Positions 1 through 8,156 of a stretch of 38,641 nt of DNA are shown here, in pieces. The notes beneath the pieces are model-generated. The model was not told the DNA's origin, did no database searches, and saw only the letters and a list, made by a program, of their open reading frames with translations. How positions within the stretch are numbered: the stretch's first letter is position 1; each line of letters opens with the position of its first letter. The DNA is taken from the IMG/VR virus record IMGVR_UViG_3300046318_000254, positions 1 through 38,641 of that record. One strand, 5' to 3'. This DNA is from a virus (taxonomy: Duplodnaviria > Caudoviricetes). A program made the position numbers and the translations under genes.

Positions 1-1205
1 TCGTCGTGCTTGGCGGTCTTAGCTGCGTCCTTGAAGTCTTTGGCCGACGGCGCACCCTTCTCGCCGGGCTTCCGCATCTTCTCGCCACGTTCGCGCTTGG
101 CATTGATGTTGGCATACAGGCCGCCACCATTTTTCAGGCCCTTCATGGAATGCTGACTGTCGTGCTTTTCGTCAGCCTTCGAAGCTTCCCATTCCTTCAT
201 GGACATGCCACGCTTTTTGGCCAGCTTCTTGTCCTGCATCTCGTCCTTAGCAGAACCTTCCCACTTCTTTGCCATGCCGCCCTTCTTGTACCCGGTGGCA
301 TTGCCCATCACGTCAACGTTAGGCATCCCTTGGGGTCGGCCAAATGCCTTCATAGCTGCGGCAGCCGTATCTTCCGGCAGCGGTGCCGAAGTGATCTTCG
401 GGGGCTGCATGACGTTCGTCACAGGGCGCTTCGGGGGCATCGGGCTGGTGCTGGGTGCCATTGATGCGGCAGCCTTCTTGGGCGCAACGGGTGCGGCAGC
501 GGGTGCTGGCGCGGCCATTGCAGCCTTTTCAGCCTTGGTGAAGAAGTGCCGGGTTTTTGCGTTTGTGTTTTCGCCCTTGACCCATTTGTAGTCTTTGCCC
601 TCGACGTACTTGTCGTCAGAACCGCCGCCAACTGCCTTTTTGGTGCGGCCACCAGATGCACGGCGGGTCATGTCACCCTTGGCGCGTTGTTCGGCTTCCC
701 ATGCAGCTTGCTGCTTTTGGGCTTCGGTAAAGCTTGCTGCTTGCTTGTCGCTGACCTTGCGACCGTTGATGGTGCCTTTGGGCTCCATGTCTTCGCCAGT
801 TTTGGTGGGCCCAACGGCATCCAGCTTTGCGGCGTTCATCTTGTACTCTGGGCTATTGGACAGCAAGCCGCCACCCATCTTGCCAGTGCGGCCACCGTTC
901 TTCATGCCGCCGACGTGCTTGACGCCTTCGCGCTCTTCGTTGGCGTCTTTCTGGTTGGTGTTGGCCAGACCGACCTTCTCTTGGAAGCCACGCGGTGCGC
1001 GGGACAGGTTGGTCTTGGCCTTCTCGCCCTCGACCTTACCACCCGTCTTAAATGCGCGGCGCGAGATCGGGCGCATACCCGTCTTGGCATCTGCGTTTAA
1101 GGGTTCTGCGGGGGTCCAAGTGGAGCTGTCCACTTTTCCGCCAGAGCTTTCGATCAGGCTGCGGGCCTTATCATTCCGTTTGGCACGAAGTGCTTTGAAA
1201 TCCAT
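1..1205 (-). CDS. Lys/Ala-rich modular protein with repeated x-[KA]-x-GG motifs, probably virion-associated (3' end outside window)
   Basis: Not in ORF track because no stop occurs before the window edge. Manual translation from ATG at 1205 (GAGGA RBS) is open to base 1: [25 protein letters not shown]...AFKTGG...MKNGG...RASGG...[17 protein letters not shown]...[43 protein letters not shown]. Confidence 0.85.
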   Translation of the reverse strand, partial: MDFKALRAKRNDKARSLIESSGGKVDSSTWTPAEPLNADAKTGMRPISRRAFKTGGKVEGEKAKTNLSRAPRGFQEKVGLANTNQKDANEEREGVKHVGGMKNGGRTGKMGGGLLSNSPEYKMNAAKLDAVGPTKTGEDMEPKGTINGRKVSDKQAASFTEAQKQQAAWEAEQRAKGDMTRRASGGRTKKAVGGGSDDKYVEGKDYKWVKGENTNAKTRHFFTKAEKAAMAAPAPAAAPVAPKKAAASMAPSTSPMPPKRPVTNVMQPPKITSAPLPEDTAAAAMKAFGRPQGMPNVDVMGNATGYKKGGMAKKWEGSAKDEMQDKKLAKKRGMSMKEWEASKADEKHDSQHSMKGLKNGGGLYANINAKRERGEKMRKPGEKGAPSAKDFKDAAKTAKHD

Positions 1206-1222
1206 GTTACGATCCTCTGAGG

Positions 1223-2836
1223 TTATCCGGCGTCCCGGTCGTGACCAAGAGCATACAACGAAGTAAGAGACATTGCACGTTCGATGTTTTTGTTCACGCC
1301 TTGCGCTGGAACATGGTTGGCATATCCAGTTCCTGTTCGACCGTAAGATGTTCTGGCGGGTGGCCGTGGAACTCCAAATCCAGATACGCCTTTCGCGTCA
1401 ATGGCACCCCCGTGCGCCGCATGAGGCTGATCAGCGCCTCCTGTAAACCACGTTGGCGGGCGGATGCCCCCTGCTTTTTTGACGACCTGATTTCTTGCTT
1501 CATCTTGGCTAATCTCCCCGTTGCGGTATTTGGACCAAACGCCGTCAATGTCCTTGGCGTTCTTGGCCGTTTTGAAGGTATCTGGGAACAGGCCGCGAAC
1601 GGCTTCCCATGTAATGGACTGCATTTCTCGCGGATGGATACCACGCGCCTTGGCTGCCCGCCTGTAGGCTTCAGAGTATAACGGATATGTGCCCTGAATG
1701 CCAGAAATAGCTGACCCGCCAGCGTTTGGCTGGCCCTTTCCGGCATAAGACCCAAAGTTGTGCGCCACCTCAACCGAATTGCCTGACAGTGGGCGCATCA
1801 AGGCGGCTGCTACGGCGTGGGTGTCGATTGTAACATCGCCCTTGGATGAGTTGGGGTGCAAGATGTTGTTGTAAAAGTTCCGAACCTTATGCTTTTCACC
1901 CATCAGTTCAGACAATTTTTGTGGATCGTGCGCCGTGTCAAGCGCCTGAACCGCTTTAGCGATCTCAGTAAGGGAACCCCAGCCCGCGCCAGCGTTTGCG
2001 CCGCCCTTGGTCTTGACGAAATCCCCCATTGTGCCTTCTGGGTTTACAATGTGGAAGCTTTTTGGGTTGTAAGTTTGGTCGTGAAGCCTGATCCACATGG
2101 CTTTGGCAATAGCCTTTTCGTCATCTGGGATATTTGCGCGGTCAATATCGCCCAAAGACTTGCCACGGATCATGTTGTGAAGGCCGCCATATTCCGGCTT
2201 GTTGAGGGACTTCGTGTTTTGAAGGGTCTTTTCCATTTCTGGGCTGAACGTGAAGCCACGATAGAAGTTTTCGCCCATGCCGTGCATGGTGTGGATGACA
2301 CGGTGTGCCAGAGAGACGTTTTGATACCAGTCTTTTTGTGGCGACATGGCGGCCAACACACCTGCGATGGCGTGATCAGGAAGATTGTATTCTTTTGCCC
2401 ACTTTTCAGTGATAGCCCGCGCTCCATCGTACCATTTTTTACCGCGCTCCCGAATTTCCGGCGGTACAGCATCGTGCAGCGCCAGAAGGTTCTGCGTGGC
2501 ATGGTCAATAAAGTGTTCAGCAAGCGCATCGTCATTGGCATTCGCGGCCACATCAGCCCGAACATTCGGATAACCACGCACGATGCCGATGTGCTGATTG
2601 AAAAGCTTAGGCGTAGACTTGAGCGCCGCAAGGTCAACCGTGTTGGCAGTGGTGTTGGTGTCCAAAAGCTTCTTAGAGGTGATCAACCTCTGTGGAATAA
2701 GAGCAGGATTGTCAGGGCCAACCGCTGGTGTGCCAGAGCGAAACGGGCCAAGATATGGCTCCATGTTTTGAGAGATGACAGGATTGGCTGGTGTTGCTGC
2801 CGTCATCCTCAACGCACGTTTGACAAGATCAGCCAT
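1223..2836 (-). CDS. Phage protein with HhH-GPD DNA-glycosylase-like (DUF7178-like) motifs
   Basis: 537 aa; motifs [44 protein letters not shown]; abuts upstream gene with GGGGAAG RBS. Function inferred. Confidence 0.7.
   Translation of the reverse strand: MADLVKRALRMTAATPANPVISQNMEPYLGPFRSGTPAVGPDNPALIPQRLITSKKLLDTNTTANTVDLAALKSTPKLFNQHIGIVRGYPNVRADVAANANDDALAEHFIDHATQNLLALHDAVPPEIRERGKKWYDGARAITEKWAKEYNLPDHAIAGVLAAMSPQKDWYQNVSLAHRVIHTMHGMGENFYRGFTFSPEMEKTLQNTKSLNKPEYGGLHNMIRGKSLGDIDRANIPDDEKAIAKAMWIRLHDQTYNPKSFHIVNPEGTMGDFVKTKGGANAGAGWGSLTEIAKAVQALDTAHDPQKLSELMGEKHKVRNFYNNILHPNSSKGDVTIDTHAVAAALMRPLSGNSVEVAHNFGSYAGKGQPNAGGSAISGIQGTYPLYSEAYRRAAKARGIHPREMQSITWEAVRGLFPDTFKTAKNAKDIDGVWSKYRNGEISQDEARNQVVKKAGGIRPPTWFTGGADQPHAAHGGAIDAKGVSGFGVPRPPARTSYGRTGTGYANHVPAQGVNKNIERAMSLTSLYALGHDRDAG
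1294..1503 (-). CDS. Small out-of-frame gene nested in the 3' end of the 537-aa gene; candidate immunity/partner protein
   Basis: GGGGAGA RBS 9-10 nt before ATG at 1503; 69 aa [10 protein letters not shown]...[46 protein letters not shown] is protein-like, while the host frame here is G/A/P/R low-complexity. Confidence 0.6.
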   Translation of the reverse strand: MKQEIRSSKKQGASARQRGLQEALISLMRRTGVPLTRKAYLDLEFHGHPPEHLTVEQELDMPTMFQRKA

Positions 2837-2837
2837 A

Positions 2838-5243
2838 TCACTTCCCCTTGGATTTCAGCGCCATTGTAGCACCAGTGCCGTCTTTGGAAAAGCGGCGTGT
2901 TAGGGCGAGGGCAGCATCAACGGTGCCGCCTGATGCTTTGCCGTGAACCTTACGGATCGCAGCCATAGCGTTGACCTCTTCCGGCCCCATGAAATCTTCG
3001 GCACCCTCGTGGTGAACCCAGTGGGGCAGAACCCCGACCTTCTGTGGTGCGAACGTGCTGTCTTTCGTGCGCGCTTTGCGGTTTTTCTCGCCAAACGGGC
3101 CGTAGTTGAGCCAGCTATTCTGACCGCGCGTCTCTGTGGTCATCGCCATGCGGGCGAGAGGGGAAAACATGGATGCGTGTGCGCGCCATGCGTTTTCCTC
3201 GCCATCATCGCGGAACCCAACGCCCTCTTTGGCATGGCCGAAATAGTCGTGAACGGCACGGAAAATGTCGTTTACGGTCACAGGGACGCCGTTCCATGTC
3301 TCGCCGGAAGGCTGAAGCATGGGGTTGTTTTTGATCTTCTCTTCTGTAATCGGCCCATCGCTGCCGTAACCATCTTCGGTCGGGTAGACGAACATATGGT
3401 GGTTGTTGCGGATGTCCTCGGTCGCAAGGCGCGGGGAAGCGTGGTAGGGGTCTTCTTCGGTTTGCGGGTTCCAGAACTCAGCTTTGAAGCCAGCAGCCTT
3501 GGCCGCACGGTACTGCGCCATCGTTTCCTTGATCATTGCATCGTACGAAGCTTTGGTCAGAGGATCGCTGGCATCGTCCTTCATCGCCTCGTAGGCATCA
3601 CTGATGCGCTCGGAGCGGGACGGGTCAACTCTGGCATACTTCTTGGGCGGATTGTACGGCAAGCCAGTGCTGGCCATGTAATCACGCGCAACTTGCCGAA
3701 CGCGGGGATCGGGGCCAGCGTGGATGACCTGACCAGTCATCGGGATTTTGACGGGGGTTAGGAGGCCCTCAAGAGGTGCTTCGTGCGGTGCCGGAAGAAT
3801 GCCAGCGCCTCCTCGTATTCCTCCTGCGTCTCGAAGTTCTCCCGCTTGGGCGCGTGGCGCTGGATTGATGGGTGCAACTCCAGCTTCTGCTTGTGTTCCG
3901 ACATTGAAGTCTCCATTCTGATTGTTGCCTAATACACTATTCATTTCACCACCACCAGCCTTGCCAACCATTCCGCCATCATTGCGGCGGATGCGGGGGT
4001 CATTCGGGTCGAACACCTCGGCATCCTTGTGCTTGATGGTATTTGGGTTGAACGCCACCACCTCGGAAACGCGGGATGGCTGGTCGCCCTCATGGTCTTG
4101 CGTCTTCACAATCACCCCATCGTGGCCCCGCTTCTGCATCTCTGCCATAAATGGTTGGATGTGGTGCCGCTGGAGGTTGTCCCACGGGTTAAGCTCGTCT
4201 TTTTCGCGCATGATCCCCATGGACTGAAGATCACGCAGGGTGCTGTGGGCCTTCATGTCGTTTGACACGTCCCAGACGTAGGGGTTCTTCAGGGCGGCAT
4301 GAAGCGGCCCGATGACGGTGCCACGTCCCATTTCGTCTGGATCGGCATAGCCCTCGGCGTTGCCCTTGATCGGCGTCAGGTAATGCCCACGGCCATAGAA
4401 GCCAGCATCCCGTTCGCCAAGTTTGGAGTTGTCGAATGCCTCGAACTCTTTGTCCTGTCCCGACCCGTGGTACAGATCAAGCGGCGAACCGCCCTCGCCT
4501 TGAAGGTCTGGGTGGATGCCTTGGAACATAGGGGCTGTGGCAGCGCCACCCTCGGCCTTGGTGATGTCGGGGTCGTTGGGGTCGAAGGTGCCTTGGTTGC
4601 TGATGGCGCTTTTCACTTGCTCAGGCTTGAAAACTGCCAAGTTCAGCGGCTTCCCTTCGCCTTCAGTGACGAAATAGCTATCGTGACCACGGCGCTTCAT
4701 CCACGACCTGACGTTGTCGTTTTCGAGCAATCCAAAGTCACCGCCGCGCATCCAATTGATCGCGGTCTGCGGGCTATACATCGCCCCAGAAAACCAGTTC
4801 TTAAAGTTCTTGGTCAAAGCCCCCTGAAGCGCGTCGATGTGGTCAGGGTTGCGGAAGTCGAACGGGTTCTTGGCGCTGACGTGCGCCGGAATGATGCGCG
4901 GGCTTTCACCGTAGTTGGCAAACGTCCCCGCAGTTTCAGGGCTAGTAGAAAGGTAAATTGCGTTCCCGCCAGTCTTGCGATTGGTCTTATTGCCGGGCAA
5001 CGAGAACGACGAGAAGTCTTTAGCCGCCCCTGTCCCGTGATACATGACAGGCGGCACGTCTGGGTGGTTGCCCTGCATGAACGCCACTTTGCCACCATCC
5101 GCATGGACCTGACGAGGGACATCAGGCAGGTATTTGGACGGGGCCATCTGGCCGCCAGCGCGGGTGACGGCGGTGCGGGCGCGGGCTTTGTCTAGGATGC
5201 CTGCCGCCGTCAACATTGCCGCCCGTGCCGCCTTGTCCATCAC
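2838..5243 (-). CDS. Polyvalent protein: two ART-PolyVal ADP-ribosyltransferase domains plus a C-terminal HDxxGH domain
   Basis: 801 aa; ART1 YHGT...IYLS...KNPFD...GHDSY...AVFKPEQVKS; ART2 YHGS...GRGHYLT...AEGYA...KNPY...GHDGV...EVVAFNPNTIK; third domain NDIFRAVHDYFGH...GEENAW...TETRGQNSW; start overlaps portal stop. Confidence 0.85.
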   Translation of the reverse strand: MMDKAARAAMLTAAGILDKARARTAVTRAGGQMAPSKYLPDVPRQVHADGGKVAFMQGNHPDVPPVMYHGTGAAKDFSSFSLPGNKTNRKTGGNAIYLSTSPETAGTFANYGESPRIIPAHVSAKNPFDFRNPDHIDALQGALTKNFKNWFSGAMYSPQTAINWMRGGDFGLLENDNVRSWMKRRGHDSYFVTEGEGKPLNLAVFKPEQVKSAISNQGTFDPNDPDITKAEGGAATAPMFQGIHPDLQGEGGSPLDLYHGSGQDKEFEAFDNSKLGERDAGFYGRGHYLTPIKGNAEGYADPDEMGRGTVIGPLHAALKNPYVWDVSNDMKAHSTLRDLQSMGIMREKDELNPWDNLQRHHIQPFMAEMQKRGHDGVIVKTQDHEGDQPSRVSEVVAFNPNTIKHKDAEVFDPNDPRIRRNDGGMVGKAGGGEMNSVLGNNQNGDFNVGTQAEAGVAPINPAPRAQAGELRDAGGIRGGAGILPAPHEAPLEGLLTPVKIPMTGQVIHAGPDPRVRQVARDYMASTGLPYNPPKKYARVDPSRSERISDAYEAMKDDASDPLTKASYDAMIKETMAQYRAAKAAGFKAEFWNPQTEEDPYHASPRLATEDIRNNHHMFVYPTEDGYGSDGPITEEKIKNNPMLQPSGETWNGVPVTVNDIFRAVHDYFGHAKEGVGFRDDGEENAWRAHASMFSPLARMAMTTETRGQNSWLNYGPFGEKNRKARTKDSTFAPQKVGVLPHWVHHEGAEDFMGPEEVNAMAAIRKVHGKASGGTVDAALALTRRFSKDGTGATMALKSKGK
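3758..3904 (-). CDS. Small out-of-frame gene nested in the linker of the polyvalent protein; candidate immunity protein
   Basis: Below ORF-track size cutoff. GGAGA RBS 5 nt before ATG at 3904; 48 aa MSEHKQKLELHPSIQRHAPKRENFETQEEYEEALAFFRHRTKHLLRAS; AT-rich patch upstream (3920-3947). Confidence 0.6.
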   Translation of the reverse strand: MSEHKQKLELHPSIQRHAPKRENFETQEEYEEALAFFRHRTKHLLRAS

Positions 5244-7561
5244 TTCTTACCTTTCTGGCCTTGGACCTGCATGGCTAGTTTGACCGCATCGGCGGCGTGT
5301 TGCTGGGCCTGCATGTCCTTCTCGTGCTGCATACGAACCGCGTCGTTCATGCTGTCGCGGTCCATCTTCATCTGCTCCAAGCGGATGTCGTTCTCACGGT
5401 CCAGATCGCGGTTTTCGTCGTTGGCCATATCGCGCTGGGCCGACAGTTCCATCTGGCGCTGCTTGTTCTGCTCCGTCATCATCTTGATCTGAAGCTCTTG
5501 CGGGTCTTTGCCAGCGGGGCCAGCAACGCCTGTGGGGGCTGCGGGGGCCTGCGCCTTGATCATGGCAGCCTGTGCCCGCATCGTGTCGGCGTCAGCCTTC
5601 TGGTGGGCAATCTTAACGTCTTCCATGCCCTTCATCATTTCGGCGCTGGGCTGGTTGCGTTGGTCTTCCGGCTTGAGGAACTGTTCGGGGTTCGACCAGC
5701 CAATGGAACGCAGGGCGGCCTTGTCGATGGCAACCTCATCGTAAAGGCCGGGGTTTGCGGCCTGCAACTGCTTAAGCGCCATGATCTTCATCACGCGCTG
5801 GCTGTGCGACGACGTGTTCGGGTCGGCTTGCGGCACCAGTTCCACATCGGTCAGGGCCTGCAAGAAAAGCTCCTCGTTCCATGCGATGGTGGGCTTGCGG
5901 TTGCGTTCCCAGAAGCTTTCGGGGTGTTCGCGGAAGCATTGCACCAACAGCGCGAATTCTTCGGCCTGTGCGCTGTGCATCCGCTTGTGGACGGCGTTCA
6001 AGATTTTGGTCGCCTGTTCGATCATGGCCAGCGTGGTGCCAACGGGCGCATCGGCGCGGCCCTCGCCCACTTGCAGTTCGCTGGTACCACCCACGCGCAT
6101 ACCAGTCTGGGACATGTTCTCCACCAGCGACATCAGCGCCCCCGAGGGCTCCTTGTACGGCAGCGGCATAATGGCGTCGCTGATCTTCTGGCCGCCCGTC
6201 TTGACCTGTGCCCCACCACCGGGCGGGACGCGGAAGATGTTGGTGTTCTGGCGGGCCCCAACGTCGCTGATCAGGAAGCCGGGGAAGTTGGCGTACATGC
6301 CAGCGTCCAACAGTTCGCGCCACGCTGCGGTGATCGCGTTAGTGGTGTTGCCGAGGATGTGCAGCAAGCCGATGTCGTAGAAGCCCAGACCCGGCACGAA
6401 CGTGTACTTGACGAACGTCGTGCGGGCTTCCGGCAGCATCCCATTTTCGGGCTGGTCATAGTTGCGCGTGATGGACAGGATTTCGCGGGACGACACGTCA
6501 ATGGTCACGCGGTAGGGGATTTCCAGTCCAGTGACCTTGCCCTTGAACTTGTGTTCGAACCCCTTGATGTCCAGTTCGCAGTAGATTTCGTAAATCTCGC
6601 GGTCGCGGTCTTCCGGGTTGGCCGACGTGGTGGTGATGCCCTGCTGAGACGCTTTCGCCTCGGCGGCGGCATCGGGCATAACTTCCATCGGGGTGGACAG
6701 GTCGATGTCGCGGTACACGCCAAGGATTTGCAGGCGCTTGACCGTGGACGGCTTAAGCATCACCCGGTGCGTGATCCGCATGGCGGTGGACAGGTCGGTG
6801 GCGCTGTTGTTGACGATCAGGTTGTCGGCATCCACGCTGTCGCTGGCCGGGCGGTTCCGCAGCGGGCAGAAGAACACCTTCTTGAACGAGGTGCCACCAA
6901 AGCCCAACAGCAACAGCATCCTGTCGGTGTCGGGGTAGTATTCGCGGGCGGTCGAGGTCAGGAAGTGGTTCATGTCCTTCTCAAACGCGTTGGCGATCTC
7001 ATCGCGCTGGACGGTCGTGCCATTTGCATCGTCGCGGATTTTGACGGGGCCATCGGTCGGCAAAAGCTCTGACCGTGCGTTGGCCTGAAAGCGCAGCACG
7101 GCCTCTTGCAGCAACGGGTGCCGGACCTTGGACATGCCCTCAATGGGTGCGCCGTCGCCAGTGCCTTGGATGCCCGGCAGTTCGATCTTCAGGCCCAAAA
7201 GCTTGATGCCCTGTGCGCGGTCTTCGATCCATTCATTGCGGCTTTCCAGATCGTCTTGGACGCCGCGAAGCAGGTCTTCCGCGATCCGCGCCAGTTCGCT
7301 GTCGTCGATCTTGTCGGACAGGTTGTCAAACCAGCCTTCGGGCTGACCTTCAACGTCTTCGGCGTCCGCGATGGGCTTGCCGTCCAGCGACAGGGTGATG
7401 GACCCATCGCCGTGGTCGATTTTCAGGATCGCGCCGTTCTCGTCGATTTCGGGGACATCGCCTAGTTCTTCGCCGTGGCTTTCGATCTGGACATCCATGT
7501 CGCCCAGTTGGTCTGGTTCGCTTTCGCCAAGCAGGCGGATGTTTGGGTTCAAGCCCGACAT
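5240..7561 (-). CDS. Portal protein (P22-like, with long Q/M-rich helical C-terminal tail)
   Basis: ~773 aa from ATG 7561 (GAAAGGG RBS); motifs HPLLQEAVLRFQA, ELLPTDGPVK, GFYDIGLLH, LPYKEPS, APVGTTLA typical of this portal class; downstream of terL. Confidence 0.85.
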   Translation of the reverse strand: MSGLNPNIRLLGESEPDQLGDMDVQIESHGEELGDVPEIDENGAILKIDHGDGSITLSLDGKPIADAEDVEGQPEGWFDNLSDKIDDSELARIAEDLLRGVQDDLESRNEWIEDRAQGIKLLGLKIELPGIQGTGDGAPIEGMSKVRHPLLQEAVLRFQANARSELLPTDGPVKIRDDANGTTVQRDEIANAFEKDMNHFLTSTAREYYPDTDRMLLLLGFGGTSFKKVFFCPLRNRPASDSVDADNLIVNNSATDLSTAMRITHRVMLKPSTVKRLQILGVYRDIDLSTPMEVMPDAAAEAKASQQGITTTSANPEDRDREIYEIYCELDIKGFEHKFKGKVTGLEIPYRVTIDVSSREILSITRNYDQPENGMLPEARTTFVKYTFVPGLGFYDIGLLHILGNTTNAITAAWRELLDAGMYANFPGFLISDVGARQNTNIFRVPPGGGAQVKTGGQKISDAIMPLPYKEPSGALMSLVENMSQTGMRVGGTSELQVGEGRADAPVGTTLAMIEQATKILNAVHKRMHSAQAEEFALLVQCFREHPESFWERNRKPTIAWNEELFLQALTDVELVPQADPNTSSHSQRVMKIMALKQLQAANPGLYDEVAIDKAALRSIGWSNPEQFLKPEDQRNQPSAEMMKGMEDVKIAHQKADADTMRAQAAMIKAQAPAAPTGVAGPAGKDPQELQIKMMTEQNKQRQMELSAQRDMANDENRDLDRENDIRLEQMKMDRDSMNDAVRMQHEKDMQAQQHAADAVKLAMQVQGQKGKK

Positions 7562-7581
7562 AGATGTCCCTTTCAAGGTAA

Positions 7582-7620
7582 TGGCCGCGCCATTGTATCA
7601 GGCGCGGCCACCCTTGTCAT
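7582..7620 (-). promoter_or_regulatory. Putative promoter for portal operon with -10 in the loop of a 10-bp inverted repeat
   Basis: ATGACA-17 nt-TACAAT with TG extension; arms TGGCCGCGCC (7582-7591) and GGCGCGGCCA (7601-7610). Confidence 0.5.
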
Positions 7621-8156
7621 CAGTCGGCGTTCTCATCCAGAAACAGCACCGCAGCCGCCAGATAGTTGATCGCCCCAAGCAGTTCGCGCTTGGCTGCATC
7701 GGTGTCCATGCGCTGGCATTCTTGGATTTTCTTCATGGCCTGCCCCAGCGGGAAGCCCAGCCCCACGGCGCGGGTGATGGTCAGGACGGGTTGGTCCGTG
7801 AACGGCTGATCATCGGCGCTGGCATGGCGCTCGTGGCCCTTGCCATCCTGCGCTTGCCACAGGGCTTGCTGCAAGACGATAAACAGGTCGTGATAAGCAG
7901 GCCGAACGGGAACTTTGAGCCACTCTTCATCAACGTTAAAATCATCCGTTGGATCGCCTCCCATTTCGTCCACCCAGACATGATCCGCCGGATCGCCGTG
8001 GCGTTCGTCTTGCTGTCGGTGCAGTTGGGTGCGGCAGTTCTGGTGATGCTTTTGCCAAAATTCTACTTTGCCACAATCGCAATCATCCACCGCCGCCATC
8101 GGTTGGGCTGCCGCGCTGCCACCTTGTGCCATTGCTTTCTCACTCAACTTAGCCAT
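7620..8156 (-). CDS. Conserved phage protein with helical C-terminal domain (possibly MazG-like)
   Basis: ATG 8156 after GGAGG; motif GKGHERHA...PFTDQP...GFPLGQAMKKIQE...RELLGAINYLAAA. Confidence 0.6.
   Translation of the reverse strand: MAKLSEKAMAQGGSAAAQPMAAVDDCDCGKVEFWQKHHQNCRTQLHRQQDERHGDPADHVWVDEMGGDPTDDFNVDEEWLKVPVRPAYHDLFIVLQQALWQAQDGKGHERHASADDQPFTDQPVLTITRAVGLGFPLGQAMKKIQECQRMDTDAAKRELLGAINYLAAAVLFLDENAD

Noticed and set aside
6-1266. Plus-strand ORFs at the left edge
   Set aside because: Antisense to the open minus-strand frame starting at 1205, which has an RBS and continues the operon.
2900-3094. Possible third nested ORF at the end of the polyvalent gene (also 3278-3508, 4814-5122)
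   Set aside because: No convincing RBS, Arg/Ser/Thr-rich off-frame composition, and they overlap motif-rich domain sequence rather than linkers.
5297-7072. 591-aa plus-strand ORF and similar long antisense ORFs (1856-2869, 4299-5195, 29845-30981)
   Set aside because: Shadow frames opposite well-supported genes in GC-rich DNA; no RBS or recognisable motifs.
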